Shown piece by piece: positions 24,888 to 40,042 of a stretch of 64,000 bases of DNA. The notes under the pieces were generated by a model. That model was not told the origin of the DNA. It was given only the letters and a program-made list of their open reading frames with translations, and made no database searches. Where the stretch lies: assembly GCA_951406725.2 (NCBI GenBank), contig OX597817.1:20832001-20896000 (forward strand), written 5' to 3'. Position 1 is the stretch's first letter; each line of letters starts with the position of its first letter. Source of the stretch: Octopus vulgaris (lineage: Eukaryota). Position numbers and translations under genes: made by a program.

Positions 24888-26219
24888 AAATGTTCCTTCT
24901 CCTTTCTTTTCTATAAAGTTTCATTACTTTCAAAATACTCGGTTTGTTGCATGAACTGATTATGCAATACCTTCACTTTCTTGCTATTTTTCCTGTCAAA
25001 TTCTCCACTTTCCTTTGAAATATTTGACTTTTTCAGTAACATTTCGCCTATTTCTAGGCGCAGGTAACAATCTTTATTCACCACGCGTAACTTAGTTATT
25101 CAAACGCTATATTACATTAGATTCTGCTTCATTCATTTCTAGCTAAGATGAGGCTCTCAATATTCCATTTGTGGTTCGCGTTTTGCATTGTAAGGAGTTT
25201 TCTAGTTCGATATATACACCTCTTTGAGTTTGTCTTTTCCACTTTTGGAAAATGAGCAGGATATCGTAATATGGATACGGTCCATGTATTATTTCAATTT
25301 AGTTTCTATCTCTTTCCTAATCCTCTTCTTGTAACCTTTGAAGACTTTTTCATATTGTTAAATCGTCGAAGTGATAAACCAGCAACATATAAAGTACATT
25401 AAAGCGAAAATGTGCATAACGTTAACAATATATTTTCTGTTATTTTTGTACCTAAAATACTACTAATAAAACAATACTAGAGAAAGCATACTATTTCAAG
25501 CCAACATTTATTTACTTTTAGATATATGAAACAATTGTCGATCTCCGAAAATAATTTTGATCTCATAGTGTAAGAATTACACCATAAAATAGAGTGAAGA
25601 CAGGATTTGGTTTTTGCTTATTTATTTATTTTATATCAACATCTTATCTTCATTAGACGATATCTATTAAGTACAGGCCAGATCAATATGCCGTTCACAT
25701 GAGCTGGCTATCAATAATAACCTAATTATGAAATCGGAGGCAATCCTTTGGTATGGTCTTACATTTATTCTCACACTTCCGCTTGTAATAAATCAATTGT
25801 TCTTCTGATTATTGTACTTTTTTTTCTGCTTTTCATAGTACGATCACCTCTTTAACATATGCATGCCTATTAACGTTGAAGATATATTTGTAAATAAGGC
25901 AAAAATTGCCATTCTCATTATTCTTACAGCTCGAAAACTTGAGTAAGCAACAACGTTGTATTAAATAAAGGCCAAATGATTGTTCTTAAGGTCACGGTTT
26001 CAATACCGCGCATCATAATCAAAGCAATATAATAAACAGGGCATATAACAATAGTAATTTCATTATTTAACAACATTATTGTGTAGCGTAATAGGAATAA
26101 CACGGAATTCTGTATATATTAAATGAATGATTATCATTTATATACCATAAATTCAGAGAATATGCAATATATTGTTAGATTACACATCACACGAAATCGA
26201 ATTTAAACAGTATGCTAGA

Positions 26220-26875
<656 letters not shown>

Positions 26876-27765
26876 AGCAGACACACAGACAGATAAATAT
26901 TGTTATTGTTGGGGAAGATCATAGTTAACCAATGAAACGCACACATTAAATGTTTGACCTCTCCATACAGGTACGTGTATATGTAGTTATATGTATGCAT
27001 ATGAATGTTGACATTGATTTCCAACTGAACATAATCATACCGATATAATCTAATTTATCTCCACATTTTCGTATTTCTTCCAGAAACTAATTTAAAGAAA
27101 TTTGAGCAGCAAGCGTTACTAATTTCACACGAAAAGGACGGGAGTACTGTATAAACTTATTGACTCCTAAAATACTCCCTCTTAAATTATAAAGACATAT
27201 TTTAGGGCTTTTACTGTGTAATAAATAATTCTGTAGTAATAACATAACGCAATATATTAAATAGTGGAAATTAAATTTGTTCTTGTTCTTTTTTAATTGC
27301 TAGATTCGTAGCATTTTTGTGCTATCTGCTATCTTTTGAAATAACGTACGCAGGTGCTGGTAATAGGTATTCGTATATATATATTAATCAAAATATGAAA
27401 ATCCAAAAAGAAATGCAAAGTATATACATTCTAACACAGATACATACTAATGCTGTTGTATTAGAGTTGACAGTTATAGCACAATGAAATATTATTAAAA
27501 TATTTACAGGAAAAATATCCATCTTATTTCCATGACTATCGGTGAGTGCATATTTATTCTGATTACAGAACGGAATTGAACTGACATTTATATATATTTA
27601 TTGCAATACATTTATATTTATTTTCTTTAAATAGGTTAATAAATGAACTCACCCATTCAAGTATCGTTTTCTTAACAATATTAATGAATGCTTAGCCGTA
27701 AAGAGCACATAAAGTTCATCAAATTTATTTGCATGTAAGAGGTAATGAATTCAATCACATTATAA

Positions 27766-30160
27766 GTTGGTAAACGAACCCGAGGAGATGCATGCGGCCT
27801 TTCAGGAGCTCTTCGCTCAGCTTCCGGGACGTGTGATGGACTGGAGGGACCTTAAGGACTTCCCCGCTGGGCTACCGCGTCTCTCGCGGTTAAAAGCGGA
27901 GAGTTGTGAAGGCCCAGTCACAACTTCGGAGGTGAAAGTTGCTATGGTGGACTGTAGCGGTAACCAAGCGCCAGGACTTGATGGTCTACCTTATGAATCA
28001 TATCATAGCATGCCAGACTTGTCCGGGAATCTGCTAGCGGGTGTCTTTACGAACTGGTAGCAGAATAGGTTTATTCCAAGATCTTATGTCGGGGAATGGT
28101 GACAATACTTAGGAAGGACTCGAACAAGGGAGATAGACTAGGTAATTTTCGACCCCTCACTCACTTATACACAGAGATAAAGATTTGTGGCAAGAGTTTA
28201 GCGAAAAGGTTGATGCGTGTCGCGGATGGACTCGTTGGGCAAGCACAAACCTGAGATATCCCTGGCAGATCCATTCAGGACAATCTACACTTTATATGTT
28301 ATAACTTTGAGGGGATACATTGTAAACGTGGCTCCTGTGGAATAGTGCTCTACATAGACCAAGCTAAGGCTTTTGATAGGTTTGGCCATAGATACCTGAT
28401 CTCGGTCCCCGCTGCGTTCGACTTGGGCCCGAAATTCTTTAGCTGGATCATTCCCATGTATGGCAACATCGAGTCGATAGCTCGGGTGAACGGTTACTTT
28501 ACGAAGCCGTTCTGCATCAAAACATCGGTTCGTCAAAGGTGTCATTTTCCCCCCACTTTTGCATGTATTGATTCTTGAGCCATTACTGTGAAAGAAGCAT
28601 TCGGAGAGAGCCAGAAGGTCGGTATTAGCTTACGCGGACGACATCACCATCATCGTATCCGAAGTGGAACAGCTACAGAGGGTAGACGATGCCATTAAGG
28701 AATATGATACGGTGGCAGGAGACAAGGTTAATCCTGAAAAGTCACTCGGTTTGCAACTCGGCACCTGGAGGGGCAAGCCGATCCACCCGAAGCGTCGTAC
28801 GACTTTGGCGGGGGGGGGGGGGGGGCAGTTAAACTTTTAGGGGTCTGGTTGAGTTCAGACCTCCAGATAGAAAAGGATTGGAGGAAGGTACTGAGCAGGG
28901 TGGTCCATCTACCTTAGACCTGATCTGGGCGGTGGCTATCCCTGAAAGGGAGGGCAGAGGTTACCGATGTGTTTATTGCATCGGTGATTACCTACCGCCT
29001 AACCGCCGTGCATTGTCTCGATTCCTAGATGATGAAGTTTAAACGGCTACCCTTTCGCTGTTTGTGGAAAGGCAGAAGACCACTTGCTAAGCGGTCTACT
29101 TGCTGCCAAAAACCATTAATCTGTAGTGATTCCACGGTTGATGATGCACAGGCATGCGCTGATGCTCTACCTGGATGGTGATCGGGTGTAGAGTCCGTGC
29201 ACCAAATCGATGTTTCCGCAAGTTCACACGTTTTCTGGACTGGAATCCTGGATCTATCATAGGTCGAATTTGTGTACGTGGTACACTGAGTGCTGAAAGG
29301 CACTTGTACTATTCTATAGCTCGGGCAATGCCATCGGGAAAGGTTCAACTTCATCGTTCTATAGAGGGATAGTAGGGTTGAAGTTTGTTGATAAATATCT
29401 CACCGGGCTGTTCCGAAGAACATTCGAGATGAGGACCCTAGATGATTTCTAGAAATCCTTGCCCTGGCAATGTTACCGAGAAGCCTTACCTGTCCGTGAC
29501 AAGTTCACACGGCATGGTTACCCCTATTTCTTTACTACCCACAAGGGGCTAATCACAGAGAGGACAAACAAGGACAGACAAATGGACTAAGTCGATTACA
29601 TCGACCCCAGTGCGTAACTGGTACTTAATTTATCGACCCCGAAAGGATGAAAGGCAAAGTCGACGTCGGCAGAATTTGAACTCAGAACTTAATGGCAGAC
29701 AAAATACAGCTACGCATTTCGCCCGGTGTGCTAACGTTTCTGCCAGCTCGCCGCCTTGGTTACCCCTGCTCACCGACTTACCCAAGATGCGTGCGGGATA
29801 ACGTAACAGCATGAGAATATGAAATATTCGGGTGTGTCGGATATGTGGGCTTATGTCGAACACCTTTTGTCAAGTGCTAAGAGTGTACAGCTGTCCACTG
29901 AGTCAACTGTAAAAATTAACGCACCTACATCTTTAAATAAAAACAAAGGTAAGAATTATTTTCTCATTGTAGTAGAAATTGCAAAAACACATTATGGTAA
30001 ACTAGAATGAAAGATGCATGACCAGCAATATCTACTCTGGCACGACATTGGCGACTTTTTTCACCTTTCACCTCTAAAGGAAGATAGGACTGGAGAGATG
30101 TTGTGTTTGCAAAGAGATGGAAGAGTGCAGCACGAATGTTTTGAATGGATGTGGCAACAT
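27766..30160 (+). mobile_element. Decayed Tx1/L1-clade LINE ORF2 (RT and C-terminal region), 5' truncated
   Basis: APGLDGLPYE, NFRPLT, IPGRSIQDNL, IDQAKAFDRFGH, VRQ.C and YADDIT motifs with stops and frameshifts. Confidence 0.9.
29526..29756 (-). mobile_element. SINE family B inserted in the LINE with an 11-bp TSD
   Basis: tggttacccct at 29515-29525 and 29757-29767. Confidence 0.92.
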
Positions 30161-30486
30161 GAAAGCTACTTAAAGGAGTTACAGAGTCTCAGTGGTGGAG
30201 CGGCGCTTGTGGGGTCCAAGTCGAATCTGTCACACCAATTCACAATACATGTGATTTTGTTTTGTCCAATTTCATTCGATTTCATTATATATGAATTTTA
30301 AAAAATCGTACATCTCATTTTTATACTATTTGAACCCATCAAATGTATCGCCTCTCTTTGTCTCATGAATGTTTCACGAAAAGATGGGTGAATGTAGCAA
30401 GGATAGCACGTGTGAATGGAGCCACTTTGAACATAATCCTTTGAACCAAAGAGAAAGAGAGAGTACGTTACAGTAATGCACACTTG

Positions 30487-30635
<149 letters not shown>

Positions 30636-30806
30636 ATCTGTCTGATATGTGTCTCTCTGCCTGACTATCCATCCATCTATTTAAGCGTTATTATTTGTTT
30701 GCAGCTATTACTCTTCTATTTCTCTCTGCCTACAACGACGATCTTCCTTACGTATGTTCAGCTGATTTAAAAAAGAATATTTAATTAGGTATAGTATTCC
30801 TACATC

Positions 30807-31870
30807 ATGCCTCTACGTGGAAGGAAGAAAACATCCGAAGAGAGCGCGACTAATCAGGCGACATAATGAATCGGACGCTCGGACTGCTTATCGTCAGGCA
30901 GAACAGGTGGAAAGTGTCAGAAGCAGAAGACAGCATGAAATAGACGCCCGGAGAGCTGGGAGTCTGGCAGAACAGAAGGAAAGAAGCAGGAAATATCATG
31001 ATTCGGAAGTTGAGAGACCTTACGAATAAACTAAGAACAATTCAACGACGGGATCTATCTGCTGATGTTCGACAGATGAATAAGAAAGATCTGCGTCTAT
31101 TCCTCAGCAATTCTTTTTCATGTCGAACCTGCTAATGTTTGCTGTATGGAAAGTTAGTTTGGGGAATCTCCAGCATCTACTCCAGGAGCTTCACAATTTA
31201 TTTAGTACTGATCAACCTACGGCAAATGAATTCAGGAAGAACCTCAGACAATACAACTGCCTGTTCCAAATGACATCTTTTGGAGCCCCAGAAATTCGTT
31301 CCTCAAAGAGTAGATGGAATCCTTACTTCGTTATTCAGGATCACATTCATCATTACATCGATTCATTAACACCTAATCACAAGGGGCACCCCACTTTCTT
31401 CAAATTTACTTCTTAGATCTACAGGATAGTGTCGATTTGAAGATGTGGATACTCCATAATGATGACATTCAGCGTGGCATAGTCGAATTTTTGGAAATTA
31501 TATTCAGACAATAAACCCTTACATTGCGTCATTGATTGATGATGGCGACTTTCGCAACATTGGCAGGCAAAACCTATTCCTGAAACAGAAGCCACATGAC
31601 AGGCCAGATTTAACTGCCACAGTAATTGACCTGAAGTAGAAACTGCTCATAAAGTATCTTACTGGAGTAGATGGCTTATTTAGCAAGTGCATTGCCTATA
31701 TGTGAGCACCGTTGAATATCAAATGCGAGGTCTTCCCCATGTACACTATTTGCTAAGGGTCAATGAAACCTCTAAGCTCAGATCGCAGGAATATAATAAA
31801 TTCGTTCAAGCCGAAATACCACAATCAAACAAAAGATCCAGAGTGTCGGCAAACGGTGCTGCTGCTCGTG
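30807..31870 (+). pseudogene. Helitron RepHel (Rep domain) remnant
   Basis: FRKNLRQYNCLFQMTSFGA, PHDRPDL and VEYQMRGLPHVHYLL (HUH motif). Confidence 0.88.
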
Positions 31871-31879
31871 ATCTATGCT

Positions 31880-32430
31880 ATCAATTGTTCTAACGATTCA
31901 CCGTGCAGGAATAAACATACATTAAAGTGTCTTTCGGAGAAGGGATATTCCCGGTGGATTTATGTTTATTGTGGCTGCATATTATCGACCGTATATTAGG
32001 AACGCAACTAACTGCAGCTAACTTTAACACTGCTTCTATTGATCTTATGGCAGTTGTGTGATTTTCGATTAGTCTTAAGAATTTCCTTGTTATGTTGGTA
32101 GCTATATTCATGCTAGAAGGTCGGTTAAACCATAAGCTTTTCTTTTCTTTGCGTCTTCTTGGTTTGTTTCAATGAAGTTTATGATATTTCTGAAATTGGA
32201 TCTTTCTAATACAGCCTTATAGGGGTTCTTTTCAAAAGTACCTCTATCTTTGGATAGATTGGAGTCGAGCAAACAAGAATCCAAACAAGAAAGCACAAAA
32301 AAACACACAACAACGCGAGGACGGGGAACAAATATAGTATTATTGGACGCTCAGGAAAGAAGGAAAGGAGGGTTTAACGTTTCGAGCGGAGCTCTTCGTC
32401 GGAAACATAGGAGAAGGAAAGATCCAGAGA
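31880..32430 (-). mobile_element. Penelope-like element fragment (RT-to-GIY-YIG linker) with upstream pLTR
   Basis: PYKAVLERSNFRNIINFIE..KKRK and MNIATNITRKFLRLI..SCVPNIRSIICSHNK are typical PLE linker text; HHR-like motif at 32372-32406. Confidence 0.75.
32372..32406 (-). ncRNA. Minimal hammerhead-like motif, U4C variant
   Basis: Minus strand: gttt CCGACGA a gagc tcc gctc GAAA cg TT aaac. Confidence 0.6.
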
Positions 32431-33978
32431 TGTTGTATTCTTAGGCTACCTAATATTTTTATAATTGGAAATTGATAATATTGCCCGGGTAAGACACGTC
32501 TTTTATTTCTCAAAAGCGACCAGCGTTTCACCCAGAGCCAAAGTCACATAAAGCTGTGAAGCAAGGTGAGAAGCTTGCATTTGATGAAATGCTCTGTAAT
32601 AGTTAATACAGTATTCTTGGTATAATTGACAGACGGAATAGTTCATTATTAACATAGATTTTAGTTAACTGTTCCTAAATTTATTCACAACTTCTACGCA
32701 TTAGAAGTAGATTAGAAATGTCAGCGTTTTAGAGAATCGCTGTCATGAGAGTTGTAAAAGTCTTATTAACTAAGTTAATGTGAAAGAAGATTGATAATTG
32801 ATAATGCTTTCACCATGCCACTGATGGCAAGAGGAAAGAAACAAGGAAAGAAAGAGAGAGAAAGAGAGGGTGAGAGAGGGAAGGATTGAGATAGGGAGGG
32901 AATAAGAGAGGGAGGGAGTGAGAGTATGAGAAGATAGTTTGACAGCTGCCAAGTAAAAGATACAGAATTGTTATCTCTCTGAAAGCGTTGAGATAAAAAA
33001 AAAAGTCATGATACTCTGTTAGAGACAACGCTAACTTAAGGCACGGACATACAGAACAGTTGCTCAGGAATTGTTCGAGTTTGGCTGCTCAATTCTATTT
33101 ATGCTGTGCCTTGCTGTCAAGCAGTGCTACTGGGACCCATGATTTGATATGCATTGAGGACCTATAATGCCGGTAAGATTGTCAACGTTAGAAATGTCTT
33201 GTATTTATAAAAAAAATTAATGGTCCGTCCTGATTCATAGGCAAATAAGGCTGTTTTCCTATGCTTATGTGACGTATATATGGCACACTCGACAGGACGC
33301 CGTATATATGGCACTCTGCACTAGCTGAATAGACTGGAGTAACGTAAAATGAAGTGTTTCAATCAAGATCATAACGCATTGCCAGATCGAGGAAACGAGA
33401 TTTTACGATCATGGCTGCACATTTCTCAAGCACTTATGTTTTAAATATTTCTATTTGCGCTATAAATATACTGTCTCAATATAACAAAACAAACTTCCTG
33501 ATTTATCTGCGTTGAACAGAGTTTATCTAAGATGCAGAACTTGACGAGTGACTTTCATAAAGGCCGTGTGCGAATCCAGAGGACAACCGAAAGCAACCTG
33601 TAGAAACATTCAGTGTTTTTAATTTTTGGTCGAAATTACAGTGTCCATTCGCTAGACATACTCACACTCACATACACACACTCTTTCTCCCTCACACATG
33701 CATGTTCATGCACGCACGCACACATATATGAATATATATGATAAAAAATTTAATGTTCCTTCTCGAGCCAATTTCTCCTTCCAACAGTGTAGAAATTCCC
33801 CACGCTGGTCCATCGCAGGATTACTCATATTTGCCAGCAGAACACAACGCATCGCCCGGTCTAGGAAACGAAACCACAACCTTACGATCATGAGTTCAAT
33901 ACGCTAAACACTAAACCACGCGCGTCCACGAATATATATGATAATGTATGTAAATATATTACATGCTCAGGAATTTGA

Positions 33979-34322
33979 AACCTCTTATATATGTATAGGA
34001 ACACTCCGTCGGTTACGACGACGAGGGTCCCAGCTAATACGATCAGCGGAACAGCTTGCTCGTGGAATTAACGTGCAAGTGACTGAGCAATCCACAGACA
34101 CGCGTACCCTTAACGTAGTTCTCTGGGAGATTCAGCGTGACACAGAGTGTGACAAGGCTGGCCCTTTGAAATACAGGTACAACTCATTTTTGCCAGCTGA
34201 GTGGACTGGAGCAACGTAAAATAAAGTGTCTTGCTCAAGGACGCAATGCATTGCCGGGAATCGAACTCACGACCTTACAATCGTCAGTGGAATGCCCTAA
34301 CCACTAAGCCACGCGCCTTCAC
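33979..34322 (-). mobile_element. tRNA-derived SINE (family C head and core, different tail)
   Basis: Minus strand tgaaggcgcgtggcttagtggttaggg..gagttcgattcccggc..ttgagcaagacactttattttacgttgctccagtccactcagctgg. Older relatives lie at about 33300-33430 and 33740-33930. Confidence 0.85.
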
Positions 34323-35019
34323 AAAAATCTCTTATAATGAATACTGAATTAGTATCAGAACCTCTATCTCCCAATAGTATTTTCAATTATCTCACCATAA
34401 TCATTTTCATCATAATCTCTAATTGTCATGTATTTTACTTTGTTAAGCTCGTGGAGAAGAAACACATGCGAAAGCCGTTGTTTACTGAGAAGCGTAGGCT
34501 TGAAAACCTGCTAGCTACCTATGAGAATTATATATGACGTTATCTAAAGCATGCTGTTTCGGGCTAAGACTATTTAGGCTACAAAGGAATTGGGATACGC
34601 TGTCATATTTCATTTAAGTATGCACTCGAGAGTTTTGAAGCAAATGCTAAACACCTACACATATGGCTAATAAAAAGAAACATGTTTACCTCAGATTTAG
34701 ACTTAATATGAGAACTATTGACACTTATTAACGACGAAAAGTGAGAAAATGCGCACGATGCCAAAGAAATAGATGATTGAGAAATATAGGAATTATGACC
34801 GTGCAAATAATATTGAATCAATGGATAAAAATTTGTACAAAGTACAGAAGTTAAAGGGAACTTCTCAATACAGATACAGTATACAGATTTGTAAACTTAA
34901 AAGTTGGTTTAGTGCCAGTATCTACAGAAACTGAGTAATTAGTCCATAGAAGGGATCAACACATTCAGTTATGAGCGACGTCTTCCATATTCTGAATAAT
35001 CCCGAAACGAACTACCAAA

Positions 35020-35082
35020 CTACTACTGCTGCTGCCACTACTAGTACTTCCACGGCTACTTCTGCTGGTGCTGCTGCTGCTG

Positions 35083-35151
<69 letters not shown>

Positions 35152-35172
35152 ATATTAATATTAATAATAATG
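35020..35172. repeat. (CTG)n/(CTA)n/(AAT)n microsatellite
   Basis: Read directly. Confidence 0.95.
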
Positions 35173-35239
35173 ATTATATTTATTATCTTTTCTACTAAAG
35201 AAGAAGGGTAACTTTAGTCGGTATCCTAAGCCAGCCTCA

Positions 35240-35940
35240 GAACATACTAGACTGATGAGATGGAAATGGACAAGTGAAGAGAAGAGGGTAGTGTAGTGAT
35301 GGAATGGTACTGGGAAAGTGAACCCAAAGTAACGGGTTACAGTAAAGACATTTTATGACTTTTGTTAAAGATAGCAATTTCTGATGCGACAGAACAGGGA
35401 CTAGTGAACCAGGCGAACGTAAATTGTAGAAATTTGAGTATGAAAGAATTAGAGGTGGAAGATATCGGTAGAGAACTAAAAGAGAAAGTCCTAGAGGTAG
35501 AACATCCAAAGAAAGAAAAAAATCAAGATGAAGCTAGATGCATAAGTGATACAGTTCAAGCCGGGAAAGAGCCTACGCATCATTAAAAAAAATTATAATA
35601 GCACTATCAATCAGGAAGTGAAAACTGAGCCGATCGATTTAAACGAGGAAGATCAGATTTTAGATGATCTGTAGAAACTAATAAGTAAAGAAGACGGAAT
35701 ATATTAGAAACATTAAAACTTGGTAGATATCACTAAGAAAGTAGATTCCGTTATCACTAAGATAAACACTAAACATATGTGATAAAAACATTGACTTATG
35801 AAGGATGGGTCTTAATTTCTAGCAGAATAGGTATTCTTTAAGGAAAGAACAGAAAGGAGCAGAAGCAGAAAAGGCGGATTATAAACTAAAATGAATAGAA
35901 TCGAAGCATGGAAATAGGACAAGTTGGAAAGCATAAGATT
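35240..35940 (+). mobile_element. R4/Dong-like LINE N-terminal remnant
   Basis: MEWYWE..PKVTGYSK and TEQGLVNQANV..KELEVEDI resemble the R4/Dong N-terminal MECY..GYRKR..TEQRLADQ..LE.EEI pattern. Confidence 0.55.
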
Positions 35941-35979
35941 TAAGCCTTCTATTCCCAAAACATTATCCCCTCTATTCAT

Positions 35980-36105
35980 TACAAGGCACCTGAAGAAGGC
36001 TGGAGCGTAAAACAACCGAATCGAAGTGAAAGCAACAACCAAGATGAACACAACATTCCAACTAATATAACGTAATATAAAACTCATCCCAGAAATATAG
36101 AGCAG
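35980..36105 (+). mobile_element. Old pLTR fragment with a decayed HHR, related to 49615-49770
   Basis: cacCTGAAGAaggctggagcgtaaaacaaccGAATcgaagtg..ctcatcccagaaatatag. Confidence 0.6.
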
Positions 36106-37924
36106 TACTGTCAACTTTATTTTGAATTTGAAAAATATTGTTTAGGGAGGTTTACCTAAATCATAATTTCTGTTTGTAAATGGTGAATTCTTATACTATA
36201 TATATATTTAACCTCGTGTTATATTAAGAATTTGCACTGTAGAAAATAAAAATATATACCGTTTGGAAATTCTTTTCAATCTGTCTCAGTAAAAGCTAAC
36301 GATTCCACCACATTAATTTCCAATATCGTATTCCAAAAAATACGCCATTTTCAGTACGTCACCTCCTCTTTTTCATTCACATTGATAATAAAATTATACT
36401 ACTTATCTTGTTAAATATCAGGCTATTGTTTTCTTAATAAAGTTTAAAAATTATTGTTTATATTATAGAACATATTTTCGATCAAGTACAATTAATTAGA
36501 TCAATTGATTGAATATATTTGAAACATGAATGAAACAATTATGTAAGATAATAGTGGCCTAATCGATGCACTCATTAACTTGATTATATTTAGATTGAAT
36601 TTCATTCTTCTTACATTATTTCTAAAAGTAAATAAAAAAGAAAATCTAAATTGTTTTTCTTTAAATATTGACATTGATCTAGAAATCGAACTATGAAAAA
36701 TCGTGACAAATATCACATAAATGAGGAGTTCTCCCTCATATATTTCCCCAGTTAGGTGTGCGCACTCACACACTCACACACGCACGCACACAACACACAC
36801 ACACACACGCATGCACAGGCGTAAATAAACGCATACATATTGTCCTCATACTCTGAATTTCTCTTGGATGATCAAATAAACATCTCTGTACATAACAGAT
36901 AGGTTTTAAGCTCTTAGTTTATAAAAGAGCTGCAATAGAAAACTTTTGGTTGTTTTGTAACGATTAAAGTTTCAAGAACCATGTCTGTATTTTATAAATC
37001 ATCCATTTATGAAATCATCGTATTCTATTTGTTTTGCAAGATATCAAGTTTACCCGGAAATCTTTTGCTGAACAAATTGGTTTTTAAGTAATTATAATTA
37101 CCCATGAAATTAAAAACTGTTTTTATTGTTAGCAAATTTACCTTCACTGGACCGTTCATAGTTTGAGTTGTTATACAAATAATACTTATAGCATTCAAAT
37201 GGTTTCTGATTATTCAGAAGGATATATTTTTTTTATGAATAGAACTTGCCACAAATCAAATACACCATTTAACAAAAGAAAATTCAAGATAATATTACAT
37301 ATTTGCAGAATGCTGACGTACTGAATCCTAAAGTGCAGGATATCAAATTTTCACCATGTATGGCATTCAATAAACACACTAGACTTTAATTAGTCAAATA
37401 TATATGTGAGCATGTTTGTGGGAGTGTGCGCAGCGAGAGAAACACGTACACACACACACCCATCTAATAGTGAAGGATTGTCATTTTCGGCAAAATATTT
37501 CATAATTCATCTGTTGGCTTACCACGCTAAGGTTCTTATTTAGATTAGTGAAGAATACGCAAAGTATTCTTATGATAGGTTCCAAGGCTATGTTTCATCC
37601 CAAATCCATGTTGTAAATCCTTGAATGTGCTCCAGAGAAATTGGTTTATGCACAAAGCCATAAGTTAATTTCTTCAGTGTTCTGCTTGTTAGAACCAGAA
37701 ATGAGTCGGAGGAAGTTAGCATCATTTTCTTTATGTCGTTGAATTTTTCTCAATTGATAACTAAAACAACGGTGTAAAACTATCAGTATTGTACCTATAA
37801 TGATTAATGGAAACAGCTGTAAACCAAATTTCATCCAATAAAGGAACAAACGTAATGATTTTTATCTTCTCATATATATTACATTATATATATATATATA
37901 TCTAGGAAAATATTAGCGACACCA

Positions 37925-38070
37925 AATTAATTACGTATATATTTTGCTTAAACACTTCTCAGCTTTGGCTTTTCGTCCAGGGAACCTCCCTTTAAGATGC
38001 AGAATCCTGAACAGAGTAGCTGAAAAGTGTTTAAACAAAAATATATAGATTATGTATTTCACATAATTAA
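37925..38070. repeat. Small fold-back element between (TA)n tracts
   Basis: 37936-37964 is inverted at 38018-38047. Confidence 0.75.
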
Positions 38071-38092
38071 CTGTGCTCCGAAGTGAATATTT

Positions 38093-38186
<94 letters not shown>

Positions 38187-38852
38187 GTTCCTTCCACGAG
38201 CAGACTGTTCCGTTGATTGGGTCAACTGGAACCCTCATCGTCGCAACCGATGGAGTGCCGTAGTAATATGTGTGTTTGTATTGTGTATGCATGTATTTTG
38301 TTAGTTGAGGACAATCATTTTTTGTTTGATTTATGGTGCATAATACTTTACAGGTTTTCAAACTTTCTGCCGGAAAACAATGTTATTTTTCTCATATTTT
38401 CTTAAATGACTCTGGTTCAATATTAAGAGGTTATTCAGTGAAATCATCCAAATAAATGAAAAAAAATGCACATAAAATATCATGCAATGATGTCATGATA
38501 CTTTGCATGTTAGCGGTAAACGAACTTGCAGGAAAGGTTAGAACACTCACACCGCCTTTACTTTCTTTCATTTACTTCAAAAAGTTCAAAAGAACAACAT
38601 TCTTTAACTGAGTAGGCGAAAGAGTTTGAAAGAGAATGAATCTTTTTTTCCTGTTTATTTTAATCCTGTTCAAATGGAAATTCTGAACGATTATCAACGG
38701 GTATGATTATCGGGAAAAGTTCAGGATTTCTTTCCAAAATCAATATGTATAAAATTCCATCATTTCGTAACTAACGTAAACAACACATTTATTATTTCGT
38801 ATTGTTTTAGTATTTGTTCAGTTTATTTCAAATTCATTAAGGTTATAATATT

Positions 38853-39030
38853 GATTTCAAATTTTGATACAAGGCCTGCAATTTTGGAGAATGGGGAAGG
38901 TCGATTATATCGCCCCAACAAGGTACTTATTTCATCGACCCTGAAATGAAAGTAGACCTCGGCAGAATTTGAAATTACAACGTAAAGACAAACATAATGT
39001 TTGTACGGCGTGCTAACGATTCCGCCTCCT
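38853..39030 (-). mobile_element. Old SINE family B-related copy
   Basis: ggtacttatttcatcgaccctgaaatgaaagtagacctcggcagaatttgaa. Confidence 0.7.
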
Positions 39031-39548
39031 CATTAAGATTATAATATTAATAATTGATTCATAATGACAGTAATTTCTGATACTTTTTGACTCGGGATAT
39101 ATATTTGTTATACTAAACACTAATATATACATGTGTGTTTTATAGTGACGTGTTTGTGTATTTGTGTAATGTTCTCTCTATGTATTGACAAAGAGGCACA
39201 GTGAGGTAGAGGCAATTGCTTTTATGTTCAAATTCAAAATAGAATTTGAAGCAATTCTCATGTTACAATCGCTTATGTGGCATTTTTCAATGTATTTATA
39301 TGACATTATTATGTGACGTAATTCAATGTATTTAATCCTTCATAAATACAGAAATATCCGGAAACATATTCAACGAAATTCATGATAAATTATAAATTTA
39401 TACGAAGCTTTTTCCCAATGTATATTTGTGCTAGGGACATTTCCTTTCTGTTAGCGTTAATTACAATTTATTTTGCCTCGTTGTATCCTTTATTGGTTAG
39501 ACGTAGATCGATATATGTGTGAAGAAGAGGTAAACATGTATGTGTATA

Positions 39549-39616
<68 letters not shown>

Positions 39617-40042
39617 TAAATCTAGAATGCTGAAGTTCAGGGCTACAACATTAAGAAATTAAGTATATCACGAACAAAAGGTGAAGTTTCATTGCTATAT
39701 AACGGACACACATGTCGACGAACTCTTATAGCATGACGATAAGACCGGTTATAACATGCAATGAAATATGTATCGGCAATGTTACAAAATTTGCCTGGCA
39801 AAAATTGTTCGATCACAAAGACTTTGTTCAATTAGCTCCTTAAATAATTGCTAATCTACAGTTCATTATCTTATGTACTGTGGTAAAGCAAATAGGATTG
39901 AACGAAATGAATAATAGACATACAACATATTTCGTTGTTTCTTATATTTACATATTTGGTTTTAGAAAATCTTCAGATCATATGACTTTTGCTAATAATT
40001 CTTGGATGTGACCTGTCTCAGTTTATCGTTTGCATGTCAGGA

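Noticed and set aside
35252-35270. CTGATGAgatgGAAA (also CTGATGA at about 40300)
   Set aside because: No stem II in the first and no GAAA in the second; chance matches inside other elements.
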